DNA of 64,000 nt from Bacilli bacterium (GTDB lineage Bacteria > Bacillota_I > Bacilli_A > RF39 > UBA660): contig JAFWGF010000049.1 of the NCBI GenBank assembly GCA_017512495.1, forward strand, positions 5,267-69,266. The letters are read 5' to 3'. The position numbers and the translations under genes were made by a program. Below, one piece after another: positions 40,272 through 50,069 of the stretch (the stretch's first letter is position 1; every line of letters starts with the position of its first letter). Below the pieces are notes generated by a model, which worked only from the letters and a program-made list of their open reading frames with translations, was not told where the DNA came from and ran no database searches.

Positions 40272-40882
40272 CCATGCATTTATTGGCGAATGGAATGATT
40301 GAGAAAGAACAATATGAATTAGTAAGTAAGATTCTTTCAGGAGTTAGAATAACTCAAGATGATTTAGAAGAGGAACTTGAATACAAAAAGAGTAGTACAT
40401 ATAGTTTTTCTGGAAAATTACCAAATATAGATGATACATACGAACTTGAAATATCTAAGGATTCAGCTGATTTCTTTTTTAACTATAGAGTATCTGGCTT
40501 ATATTTTGAAGTTACTCAGAATCCAAAAAATCAAATGGGATTATATGTTATAAGAGAAAGCTCTACTGATCCATCATCTAGAAAAAATAAAGATTATTAT
40601 TTAATTAATAAGAAGGAAAAAGATGATTTTATTACGGTTAGATATTATGACAAAGATGCATATAATTTTGTTAGAGATTTAGATTATAATCTTGAATTTT
40701 TAGAGTTAGATGATTATGAAAAAGCAGGAATAATTCCTGATGAAGAAGTTATTATTAATGATGTTGATATGTTAGATTTTGCTCATAGTTTAATTGCCCC
40801 TTTCACAACAGGCATAGGTAGTTTTGATGAGACTGTTGATAGAATCATTCATCCAGCTAAACAAAAATCTTTAGAATACTAA
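40256..40882 (+). CDS. Hypothetical protein, paralog B (208 aa)
   Basis: See paralog A. About 30% identity overall. Terminator at 40905-40945. Confidence 0.55.
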   Translation: MKYDIAMHLLANGMIEKEQYELVSKILSGVRITQDDLEEELEYKKSSTYSFSGKLPNIDDTYELEISKDSADFFFNYRVSGLYFEVTQNPKNQMGLYVIRESSTDPSSRKNKDYYLINKKEKDDFITVRYYDKDAYNFVRDLDYNLEFLELDDYEKAGIIPDEEVIINDVDMLDFAHSLIAPFTTGIGSFDETVDRIIHPAKQKSLEY

Positions 40883-41036
40883 AGTTGTTTATTGAAATAT
40901 GTAAATAATTTAAAAAAAGATAATTCCCTTAGGGAATTTCTTTTTTTTAGATATTTATTGATATGAAAAAGTAAAAAGCACGATTTGTTTTCTTAAAAAT
41001 GTGCGTGTATTATACGCTCTTGAGAGGAGGTGATTC

Positions 41037-41381
41037 ATGCTTAATCAAGTAGTACTCGTTGGTAGACTTACTCGTAATATTACTGTTAATAAATCAGACA
41101 AAGGCATTAAAGTTGCTACCATCCCTTTAGCCATCCCAAGAAGCTTTAAAAATAGTGACGGAACATATGATACAGATTTTATTGATTGTGTTGCTTTTGA
41201 TAGTATTGCGAATAATACTAGCGAGTATTGTGAGAAAGGGGACATAGTAGGAGTAAAAGGAAGAATTCAATCTAGACAAATTGATAAAGAGGGGCAAAAA
41301 ACAACAGTAGTAGAAATTGTTGCTGAAAAAGTAACATTTTTATCTAGCCATACTAAAGAAGAAAAAGAAGCAGATGAATAA
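41037..41381 (+). CDS. ssb: Single-stranded DNA-binding protein (short OB-fold form, acidic tip EEKEADE)
   Basis: MLNQVVLVGRLTRN...OB-fold SSB pattern. Confidence 0.7.
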   Translation: MLNQVVLVGRLTRNITVNKSDKGIKVATIPLAIPRSFKNSDGTYDTDFIDCVAFDSIANNTSEYCEKGDIVGVKGRIQSRQIDKEGQKTTVVEIVAEKVTFLSSHTKEEKEADE

Positions 41382-41440
41382 TCTGCTTTTCTTTTATATG
41401 TTTTTGTTTTATAATTAAATCATAATAGGGATGTGAACTT

Positions 41441-41842
41441 ATGGAAATAAGAAAATATGAAGATAAAGATTTTGGCAAAGTAAACGAAATAGTTTTAAAG
41501 TCTTTTGGCTATGAAAGGGCTAATGTTCATGATGAAAGATCTCATGAGTTTGTAGCATGTATTGATGATGTTGTAGTTGGTTATGTGATTCTAAATGAGA
41601 TGATAGACATTATAAAGAATAAAAAAATATATCATATAGATTATGTATGTGTTGATCCAGAATATAGAGATCAAAAAGTTGGTAGAACAATGATGGACTA
41701 TGTAATCGACTATGCTAAAAAAGAAGGTGGAAGTAGAATAGAACTTACTTCTAATCCTGCTAGAGTCGCAGCTCATAAACTATATGAAAATTGTGGATTT
41801 ATAAAGAGGGATACGGATGTGTTTAGGAAGGAGCTTGTATGA
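41441..41842 (+). CDS. GNAT-family N-acetyltransferase
   Basis: Acetyl-CoA binding motif (VDPEYRDQKVGRTMM). Confidence 0.7.
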   Translation: MEIRKYEDKDFGKVNEIVLKSFGYERANVHDERSHEFVACIDDVVVGYVILNEMIDIIKNKKIYHIDYVCVDPEYRDQKVGRTMMDYVIDYAKKEGGSRIELTSNPARVAAHKLYENCGFIKRDTDVFRKELV

Positions 41843-43065
41843 TACTAGATATAATTAATAAAAAGCGATTAGGTAAAGAGCTTAGTTATCGAGAAATAGA
41901 TTATTTCTTTAATGGTTATTTAGAAGGAGAAATAGCTGATTATCAAATGTCTAGTTTATTAATGGCTATATGTATTAATGGAATGACTGATGAAGAAATA
42001 TTTTCATTAACTAAAGTTTTTGTTGATAGTGGTGAAGTCCTTGATTTTTCAGATATAGAAGGGATAAAAGTAGACAAACATTCTACTGGTGGTATTGGGG
42101 ATAAAACAACTTTGATAATTGCTCCAATAGTGGCTTCTTTAGGAATACCGGTTATTAAAATGAGTGGTAGAGGTCTTGGATATACTGGAGGGACAATTGA
42201 TAAACTAGAAAGTATTCCAGGATTTAGAATTAATTTAAAAGATCGAGAAATAGAAAAGCAAGTAAAAGAAATAGGGGTAGTTATTACTGGACAAACAAGA
42301 GATTTAGCACCTATGGATAAAGTCATTTATGCATTAAGAGATGTTACCGCAACTGTATCTTCAATACCGTTAATCGCATCAAGTATTATGAGTAAAAAGA
42401 TAGCTAGTGGAGCTGATAAAATACTAATTGATGTTAAATATGGAAATGGAGCTCTATTAAAAACAAAAGAAGAAGCAAAAGAATTAAGTAAATTGATGGT
42501 TAAAATAGGTGAAGTATATGGACGTGAAGTAAGAACTATGCTTAGTGATATGAATACTCCATTAGGTAGATGTGTAGGTAATAGTTTAGAAGTGCTAGAA
42601 GCAATAGATGTTTTAAAAGGTAAAGATGATTCTAGTAATTTATTTAATTTATGTGTAGATCTTGCTTCAGAAATGGTAAGTATGGGAAAAGAAATACCTG
42701 AAGAAGAAGCAAAAAAGTTAGTTATTGAAAGTATTGATAGTGGAAAAGCCTTTAAAAAGTTTGAAGAATTAGTTAACCATCAAGAAGGTGATTTAAAAGG
42801 AATAAAAGTTAGTGATAATACAATTAAAGTTAGATCAACTAAGAGTGGAGAAATAACAAAGATTAATGCTTTAGAATTAGGAAAATTATCATTATTGCTA
42901 GGAGCTGGCAAAGTAAAAAAGACAGATAAAATAGATTATTCAGTAGGAATAAAATTAAATAAATTAGTTGGTAATAAAGTAGAAAAAGGAGATGTTTTAA
43001 TGACATTATACGTAAACAAGAATACTCCTGATGCTAAGATTGATGATATTTTTACTATTGAATAA
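41839..43065 (+). CDS. pdp: Pyrimidine-nucleoside (thymidine) phosphorylase
   Basis: DKHSTGGIGDKT and the glycosyltransferase family 3 fold. Confidence 0.9.
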   Translation: MILDIINKKRLGKELSYREIDYFFNGYLEGEIADYQMSSLLMAICINGMTDEEIFSLTKVFVDSGEVLDFSDIEGIKVDKHSTGGIGDKTTLIIAPIVASLGIPVIKMSGRGLGYTGGTIDKLESIPGFRINLKDREIEKQVKEIGVVITGQTRDLAPMDKVIYALRDVTATVSSIPLIASSIMSKKIASGADKILIDVKYGNGALLKTKEEAKELSKLMVKIGEVYGREVRTMLSDMNTPLGRCVGNSLEVLEAIDVLKGKDDSSNLFNLCVDLASEMVSMGKEIPEEEAKKLVIESIDSGKAFKKFEELVNHQEGDLKGIKVSDNTIKVRSTKSGEITKINALELGKLSLLLGAGKVKKTDKIDYSVGIKLNKLVGNKVEKGDVLMTLYVNKNTPDAKIDDIFTIE

Positions 43066-43125
43066 AAAAATGTTTGATTTTATATGAAATATGATATAAT
43101 ATAAATGTAAGGTTAGGTGATTTTA

Positions 43126-44400
43126 ATGGAAAAAATTTATACACAAGAACAAAAAGAACAAAAGGAACGTAAACAAAAGAAAGGATTACAAAGAAATGTT
43201 GATTTTTCAGTAGCTTTATCAGTAATAGTTGCTGCATTCGCACTATTCTCAGTTGCTTCATTCAATATCATGAATAGACAAGAAGAGAAAGTAAGTTATG
43301 CTGCACCTACAGGAGATACTTTTACAATGGTTACACCAGAAAATGGTTCTTCAACAGTAGCAAGTGCTATTGTGGGATATACTGCTGATGGAAATCAATT
43401 TTTAAGAGTACCATTCTATTATGCAGATTCAATTGATGCTACTAATCGTGTTTTCTGTGTTCAATTGCGTAAGCAAGGTGGAGCTGGAAAAACATACAGC
43501 ATTAATAATGAAACTGCTAGTGGAGACCCAGGACTTATTTATATTCTAAATAATAGTATTGCAAGTGGTAGTCAAAAAAAGATTACTAATTATAATGGAC
43601 CACACGCAGAAGATATCGAGGTATGGGCTACTCAAGCTGCAATTTGGTTATATTTGGCAGAACAATATCCAGGAGCAGATAATAATTTTTATGGCGATAC
43701 CGAAAAACATGAAAATCCAACAGATTCCGATTCACCATATGTTGATACTAAAACAGCTGCAACAACTGCAACAGTATTTAAAATGAGTGGTGGTCCTGAT
43801 TCTGGTGATCCTATAGAAGCTGCTGGGGTATCAGCTGCTGTAGTATCTCTAGTTGAGAAAGCGAAACAACAAAAAGCTTCGTTAGTTTCACAACTTACTC
43901 TTGCACGTGCTAGTGATCAATTAGGAAAAACTGAAGATGGAAAATACTATCAAACTTTATATAGTGTTACTGGAACACCTGCAAATTCTCTAACTAGTTA
44001 TGACATTACTAAATTAGATGGTGTTGATGGTATTAAAGTTGTTGATGAAAATGGTAAAGATTTACAACTTACTAATATTGCAGCCGGAAAGAAATTTTAT
44101 GTAAGAATCCCAGTAGACAAAGTTGGACAAGAAAAGAGAACAGTAAGAGTAGAAGCTCTAGGACACTTCAATATTACAACAGGTGTTTATTATGTAACAG
44201 ATTCAACTAATGATCAAAAAGTTGTTACACTAAAAAGTCGTCCAGAAAACAAATCTAATGGAGATCAATTCAATATAGTAGGTTCTCCTGATACAGGAAT
44301 GAATGCTGCACAAACAATTTACTTTATTGGTTTAATAGTATTGCTTTGTGGTGTAGGTATTGTTTATGCGAATACAAAACCTGTTGAAAGTAAACAATAA
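43126..44400 (+). CDS. Cell-wall-anchored adhesin with a thioester (TQXA) domain and a C-terminal SPDTG sorting signal
   Basis: N-terminal signal anchor. FCVQ Cys motif and TQAAIW Gln motif of thioester domains. C-terminal SPDTG + hydrophobic stretch + KPVESKQ. Confidence 0.65.
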   Translation: MEKIYTQEQKEQKERKQKKGLQRNVDFSVALSVIVAAFALFSVASFNIMNRQEEKVSYAAPTGDTFTMVTPENGSSTVASAIVGYTADGNQFLRVPFYYADSIDATNRVFCVQLRKQGGAGKTYSINNETASGDPGLIYILNNSIASGSQKKITNYNGPHAEDIEVWATQAAIWLYLAEQYPGADNNFYGDTEKHENPTDSDSPYVDTKTAATTATVFKMSGGPDSGDPIEAAGVSAAVVSLVEKAKQQKASLVSQLTLARASDQLGKTEDGKYYQTLYSVTGTPANSLTSYDITKLDGVDGIKVVDENGKDLQLTNIAAGKKFYVRIPVDKVGQEKRTVRVEALGHFNITTGVYYVTDSTNDQKVVTLKSRPENKSNGDQFNIVGSPDTGMNAAQTIYFIGLIVLLCGVGIVYANTKPVESKQ

Positions 44401-45037
44401 AATCAAAAAGAGCCATACGTTACTGCTTGGCTCTTTACTTATTTTTGGAGGGGTAATTGCATTATCTTGGAATTATTTAGCAAAGATGAGAGATGAAGTT
44501 TATTCTGAAATGAAAATTGCTATGATGGATAAAGATATCCCTAAGAATGTTTCCGAAGGAGATGTAGTTGATACTGCACCAATTGCAAATAATGTTGAAC
44601 AACCTGCTCAAAATAATAATAATTATGTAGTAGATTATAGTAAGTATTTAGGAGTATTAGAGATACCTAAAATAGGATTAAAAAGAGGTTTTTATAACGT
44701 AGGTAATAGATACAATAGAATTGATTATAATGTTACAATGGTTAATGGTTCAACCTTACCAGATGTTGTTAATGGTAACCTAATCTTAATAGCACATTCT
44801 GGTGATGCTTATATTTCATATTTTGCTTATCTATATAGGTTAAATATAGGTGATCAAGCTTATGTAACATATCAAGGTCGTAAATATCAATATCAAATAG
44901 TTGATATTTATGAAGTAAATAAGAATGGTATAGTTACAATAAGAAGAAATGAAAATAGAACTGTTTTAACAATGATAACTTGTACTAAGAATAACGATCA
45001 TACTCAAACTGTATATATTGCTGAACTTATTGGCTAG
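44360..45037 (+). CDS. Sortase-family transpeptidase (atypical: no Arg visible downstream of the TLxTC cysteine)
   Basis: Signal anchor, LILIAHSG (His), GDQAYV..Y.Y.I, LTMITC (Cys). Confidence 0.65.
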   Translation: MFMRIQNLLKVNNKIKKSHTLLLGSLLIFGGVIALSWNYLAKMRDEVYSEMKIAMMDKDIPKNVSEGDVVDTAPIANNVEQPAQNNNNYVVDYSKYLGVLEIPKIGLKRGFYNVGNRYNRIDYNVTMVNGSTLPDVVNGNLILIAHSGDAYISYFAYLYRLNIGDQAYVTYQGRKYQYQIVDIYEVNKNGIVTIRRNENRTVLTMITCTKNNDHTQTVYIAELIG

Positions 45038-45051
45038 AAGAAGGTGATTGT

Positions 45052-45624
45052 ATGAACTTATCATTGATAGGTAAACTAGGAGTTATATTTAAGTATATAT
45101 TTTCTTCTTTTCTTTCAATTGAAATGTTTATACTTAGTCTTCTTTTATTTGTAATTTTAGTTATTAATTTAAAGAAAAATAATGAATTAGTTCAAATGAT
45201 AGCAATTGGAGTATATATAGGTTTTATTATAGGTATTTTAATAAGTTATAGTACTTATGTTAAGACTTGTGTTAATTCGTTTGTAAAAGCTATTATGAAT
45301 TATATATATTTTCCATCAACAATTGTTTATTTCTTTATAATTATATTTGTAACTGGAATGATTCTATATACTTTGTTTAGTAAGCGTTTAACAGTATTTA
45401 AAAAGATTGTTAATTATGCTTTCTTTAGTATACTATACTTCTTCTTTATGGCTTTTGTAGCTTTAGCTGCTTATGATTCAGTCGATTTAGTGGAAGTATC
45501 AGTCTTATATCAAAATGAAACAATCCTTTCGTTAGTTCAAATAAGTAATTTAATATTAGTAATTTGGTTATTATTTACAGGATTTTATCATTTATATAAG
45601 TATTTTAAAAAGAAATATGATTAA
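45052..45624 (+). CDS. Hypothetical polytopic membrane protein
   Basis: About 5 TM helices. A bidirectional terminator follows (45629-45650). Confidence 0.45.
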   Translation: MNLSLIGKLGVIFKYIFSSFLSIEMFILSLLLFVILVINLKKNNELVQMIAIGVYIGFIIGILISYSTYVKTCVNSFVKAIMNYIYFPSTIVYFFIIIFVTGMILYTLFSKRLTVFKKIVNYAFFSILYFFFMAFVALAAYDSVDLVEVSVLYQNETILSLVQISNLILVIWLLFTGFYHLYKYFKKKYD

Positions 45625-45646
45625 AAAAAGGAGTTTTAAACTCCTT

Positions 45647-46588
45647 TTAATGTGTGGCAATATACTCTTCTAAAGATATATTGTTTTCTTTTATGTATTT
45701 AGCTATTTCTTTACCTACATATCTATAATGCCATGATTCATAAATATATCCGGTTTCTCTTACTTTATCTTTTGGGAATCTTAAGATAAATCCATATTCA
45801 TGAGCATGTTCTTGCATCCAATCAAATTCATCTGTTTTTTCAAAATTGGTATAGGTTTCTTTCTGATTATAAACGTCTACAGCTAATCCTGTTTGATGTT
45901 CTGAATGTCCTGGCCTTCCTGAATATGTATCTGCCTTTTCTGTACCGTCTTCTCTAGCATACCTCTTATATAAGTTAACTTGATAATTATAGCTTCTATA
46001 GGTAGACATAGCTACAATATTTAAATCTTCTTTAGCAGCAGCTTTAGCCATATTTTCAAAGGCATCTTTTGCATAGTCTACTAATTTCATTCCTGATAAG
46101 GCATACTGTGATTTAATTCTTTCTAAATTATCTGGTATATAATTATCATCTAAGTAATAATACTTATTTACTAAGATAGTTTCAGTATCTAAATTGATTG
46201 CTTTAATCTTATCATCATATGGTGTTAAATCCAAATTCATATTAACATCTTTAATAATTTGAATAGTACCAATTTCTGGATTCTCTTCTTTATATTTTAT
46301 ATATCTATCTATATTTTCTTCTCTAAAATAATTGATCTCTTTATTTATATTATCTAATTTATTAAGTTTTTCTCCATAATCTGATAATTCTTTTTTTGGT
46401 TCTTTCTTTTTAATTGTTTTTTTCTCCTTTACTTTTTCTTCTACTTTAGGTTCTTTAGAAGTAGTGATAACTTTAACTATTACATAGCCAATTTCGTATA
46501 TTGCGAAAGCAAACACTATTATAAAAGTAATAAATATTGCCATATTTTTCTTTTTAATTTTAACTTTCCTTTTCATTTTAGTGCTCAT
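45647..46588 (-). CDS. D-alanyl-D-alanine carboxypeptidase, VanY/M15B family, membrane anchored
   Basis: SGRPGHSEHQTGLAVD zinc-binding motif. Confidence 0.75.
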   Translation of the reverse strand: MSTKMKRKVKIKKKNMAIFITFIIVFAFAIYEIGYVIVKVITTSKEPKVEEKVKEKKTIKKKEPKKELSDYGEKLNKLDNINKEINYFREENIDRYIKYKEENPEIGTIQIIKDVNMNLDLTPYDDKIKAINLDTETILVNKYYYLDDNYIPDNLERIKSQYALSGMKLVDYAKDAFENMAKAAAKEDLNIVAMSTYRSYNYQVNLYKRYAREDGTEKADTYSGRPGHSEHQTGLAVDVYNQKETYTNFEKTDEFDWMQEHAHEYGFILRFPKDKVRETGYIYESWHYRYVGKEIAKYIKENNISLEEYIATH

Positions 46589-46675
46589 ATTATCACCTAA
46601 TTATATCATAGCATTAAAATTTCTTTTTTATGAATAAAAATACAATACTTTACATAAAAAGTATTGGAGGTTAAC

Positions 46676-47812
46676 ATGAAAAAAATACTATTATTAATAT
46701 GTTTATTATTGTGTCCTATGAGTGTACTTGCGGAAGAATTAATTCCTAATGCTAAAAGTGGAATCTTAATAGAAGCCAATAGTGGAAAAGTTATTTATGA
46801 GAAAAATACTAATGAAAAATTAAGTGTGGCTTCTATGACTAAGATGGTTGCTCAAATTATTATTTTAGAAGAAATTGAGGCTAATCATATAAAATGGACT
46901 GATATAGTTACTGTAAGTAAGAATGCTAGTGATATGGGAGGTAGTCAAATCTACTTAGAAGAAGGAGAAAAAATATCAGTAGAAGATTTAATGAAAGGTG
47001 TTAGTATAGCTAGTGGTAATGATGCGACTGTAGCTCTTGCAGAATACATTAGTGGTAGTGAAGAAAAGTTTGTTAGAAGAATGAATAAAAAAGTAAAAGA
47101 AATAGGTCTTAAGAATACACATTTTACTAATTGTACTGGCTTAGATGCGGATAATCATTATTCTACTAGTTATGATATGTCTATGATTGCGAGAGAATTA
47201 GTAATTAATCATCCAGATATTTTAAAATTTTCATCAATCTATGAAGATTATTTACGTGAAAATACTGATAAAAAATTCTGGTTAGTTAATACTAATAAAT
47301 TAATTGCTAGTTATGAAGGAACGGATGGATTAAAAACAGGTCATACTGATAATGCTGGTTACTGTTTAGCTGCAACTACTAAGAGAAATAATATTAGATT
47401 AATAGCTATTGTTTTAGGAGAAAAAGATAGTAAGATTAGAAATAAAGAAACTATAGGATTATTAGATTATGGATTTAATAATATTAAAGTTAAAACTCTG
47501 AAACAAAAAAATCAATTAATTGAGAAAAGAATAGTTAAAAAATCTAATATTGGTTATGTAGATATAGTTTTAAAAAATGATTTAAATATAGTAGAAGATA
47601 TTGATACTAATAATAAATATAAATATGATATTTCTATTGATGATATTCAAGTACCAATATTAGCTAATACTAAAGTAGGAAGAATAAAAGTATTAAACGG
47701 TTCTAAAGTAGTTGCTTCAGAAGATTTAGTTACGGCGTTCTCTTTAAAGAAAATTACTTTATTAGATTTTTATAAGCAGAATTTAATGAATTATTTATCT
47801 GGATCTTTTTAA
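46676..47812 (+). CDS. dacA: Serine-type D-Ala-D-Ala carboxypeptidase (PBP5/DacA-like, S11)
   Basis: Signal peptide. SMTKM (SxxK), SGN, KTG motifs. Confidence 0.8.
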   Translation: MKKILLLICLLLCPMSVLAEELIPNAKSGILIEANSGKVIYEKNTNEKLSVASMTKMVAQIIILEEIEANHIKWTDIVTVSKNASDMGGSQIYLEEGEKISVEDLMKGVSIASGNDATVALAEYISGSEEKFVRRMNKKVKEIGLKNTHFTNCTGLDADNHYSTSYDMSMIARELVINHPDILKFSSIYEDYLRENTDKKFWLVNTNKLIASYEGTDGLKTGHTDNAGYCLAATTKRNNIRLIAIVLGEKDSKIRNKETIGLLDYGFNNIKVKTLKQKNQLIEKRIVKKSNIGYVDIVLKNDLNIVEDIDTNNKYKYDISIDDIQVPILANTKVGRIKVLNGSKVVASEDLVTAFSLKKITLLDFYKQNLMNYLSGSF

Positions 47813-47894
47813 AAATAAACTTATGTTTATTTTTATCTTTTTTCTAAGCTTCTTTTTTGATATAATACTTTTGTATATGAAAAGAGGTTAGAGT

Positions 47895-48830
47895 ATGGCT
47901 AGAAAACCTTATAATATTTCAAGTAAAACAACTACTAAAAAGGTAACAAGGAGAAGAACTACTCCAAAGAAACAAGAGAATTTAGAAACTACTACTAGAA
48001 TTAGAATTGATAATGATCGTTTAAATGATGTGGATTCTTTAGATACTAGTTTCTTAGAAGGAAGAGTAGATGCTAAGAGTAAGAAAAAAGTTCTTAATAG
48101 TAAACCTAGTAAAAGAAAACCAATTAATCTTAGTATTCTTCGTAATATTATTTCTATGGTATTAGTTATTGGCTTATTAGTATTAGCAGTATTAGCACTA
48201 ATGAATCATAGTACTAATTCTAAGACACCTACAGTTAAAAGAGTAAAAGAAATTAAAGAAGTAAAAACAGTTGATGATAATTATCTTTTTGTAGGAGACT
48301 TTCATACTAATAAATTAAATTTTGAAGATTTAGATTATCATTATACTAAGTTTTCTGATGATGATTATACTACTGATGATATTGCTAAAAATATTGAAGA
48401 TATATATAGATATAATCCTTCAATAGTATTTATCCAAGTAGGAATAAATGATCTAAATACTGGTACAGAAGATTATGATATAATCACTAATTTAAGTGAA
48501 ATAATAGATGGCATTAAAAAGAATAGAGAAGCTGCTAAGATTTATGTAGAGGGAATTTATAACGTTAATTCTGATGTAGAAGATTCTTATGTTGAATCAC
48601 TTAATGAAAAAATTAATAATAAACAAATTAATAGTTTAAATAAAAAGATAGAAGAATTAACAAAAGATAAACAAGTTGAATATCTTGATATTAATAAAGA
48701 AATATCTGTAGATGATAAATTAGATGAAGAATATACTGATGATGGAATAGTTTTAAATGATAAAGGTTATGAAAAAGTCTTAGAAGTTTTAAGAAAAGTA
48801 GTTGATAAGAATGGTGTTAAATCGAATTAA
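47895..48830 (+). CDS. Membrane-anchored SGNH/GDSL-like hydrolase-fold protein with GDF in place of GDS
   Basis: Basic N-terminus, TM, then FVGDFHT...IQVGINDL blocks. Confidence 0.45.
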   Translation: MARKPYNISSKTTTKKVTRRRTTPKKQENLETTTRIRIDNDRLNDVDSLDTSFLEGRVDAKSKKKVLNSKPSKRKPINLSILRNIISMVLVIGLLVLAVLALMNHSTNSKTPTVKRVKEIKEVKTVDDNYLFVGDFHTNKLNFEDLDYHYTKFSDDDYTTDDIAKNIEDIYRYNPSIVFIQVGINDLNTGTEDYDIITNLSEIIDGIKKNREAAKIYVEGIYNVNSDVEDSYVESLNEKINNKQINSLNKKIEELTKDKQVEYLDINKEISVDDKLDEEYTDDGIVLNDKGYEKVLEVLRKVVDKNGVKSN

Positions 48831-50046
48831 TAAAAAGAATAAATTAATTATTTTAATTACACTTTTAGTTTTATTAGTAATTTTCTATATTACTTTAGTG
48901 ATTTTAAATCTTCAATTAGTTAATAAGTATAAGAATCAAGTTATGCCTAATATTTATTTAGAAGATTTAGAATTATCTGATTTTAGTTATTCAAAAGCTA
49001 AAGAGAGGATACAGTATTATAATGATAATGTTTTAACTAAAACAGTTAAGCTTAAAGTAAATGAAAATGAATATGAATATCCTATTAAAGAGATTGGATT
49101 ATTTATTGATGTTGATAAGAGTTTTCAGCAAATTGATTCTTATCAAAAAAGATTGAATTATAGTGAAAAGTTAATGTTATTACATGGAAGAACAAATAAG
49201 AAATTTAAATTTGTTTATACTTCTGATGTTGGTAAATTAACTGAAACAATTAATACTTTAAAAGCTAAAGTTGATAAAGGAGCAATTGATGGTCATTTCA
49301 ATACTGAAGGGAATATTTCTTATACTAAAGGGGTAAATGGTTACACATTAGATGTTAATAAGAGTGTTGAAGAAATTAATAAGAATATTAATACAGAGTA
49401 TAAAGAAGGAATTGTAGTTAATTTAGTTGGAGATGTTATCCAAGCAAATGGTAATGATAGTTATGCTACTATTGATACTATGACATCTTCATTTGTTACT
49501 GAGTTTAGACCTAATACTTATTTAAGAAATATTAATTTAAATACAGCTCTACGTTATATTAATGGTAGTGTGGTAGAACCAGGACAAGTGTTCTCATATT
49601 GTGATAAAGCAGGTCCTTTTGATAAAGCTGGATATGTATTTTATTATGAATTTGTAGGTAACGGTGTATGTCAGATTGCTACTACAACGTATAATGCTGC
49701 TCTTTTAGGAGGTTTAGAGATAGTTAAAAGATATCCACATGATAAGAAGAGTTTATATGTTGCAGGAGGGTTAGATGCTACAGTAGCTAGTTATTCTAGT
49801 GGTTGGTGTGTTGATATGCAATTTAAAAATACCTATAAATATCCTATCTATATAAGAGCATATTCAGAAGGTGGAAGAGCCCATGTAGAATTCTGGTCTA
49901 ACAGTAATGCTAAAGAAGGTAAAGAGTATAAGACATCTTGGACTCAAATAGGACAGAGAGGATATAGAACATTCCTTCATACTTATCAAAATGGTCAAGA
50001 AATAGCTGTTAATGAGATCGCAACTACATGGTATCCAAAAGACTAA
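48802..50046 (+). CDS. VanW-family protein
   Basis: GNGVCQIATTTYNAALLGG signature. N-terminal TM. Confidence 0.7.
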   Translation: MIRMVLNRINKKNKLIILITLLVLLVIFYITLVILNLQLVNKYKNQVMPNIYLEDLELSDFSYSKAKERIQYYNDNVLTKTVKLKVNENEYEYPIKEIGLFIDVDKSFQQIDSYQKRLNYSEKLMLLHGRTNKKFKFVYTSDVGKLTETINTLKAKVDKGAIDGHFNTEGNISYTKGVNGYTLDVNKSVEEINKNINTEYKEGIVVNLVGDVIQANGNDSYATIDTMTSSFVTEFRPNTYLRNINLNTALRYINGSVVEPGQVFSYCDKAGPFDKAGYVFYYEFVGNGVCQIATTTYNAALLGGLEIVKRYPHDKKSLYVAGGLDATVASYSSGWCVDMQFKNTYKYPIYIRAYSEGGRAHVEFWSNSNAKEGKEYKTSWTQIGQRGYRTFLHTYQNGQEIAVNEIATTWYPKD

Positions 50047-50069
50047 AAAAAGTTCTAATTTAGAACTTT

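Noticed and set aside
41943-42326. 127-aa minus-strand ORF inside pdp.
   Set aside because: Antisense to the highly conserved pdp. The same applies to 11054-11284 in recA, 5522-5888 in ponA, 56856-57092 and 57467-57670 in the SPFH gene, and 43559-43786 in the adhesin gene.
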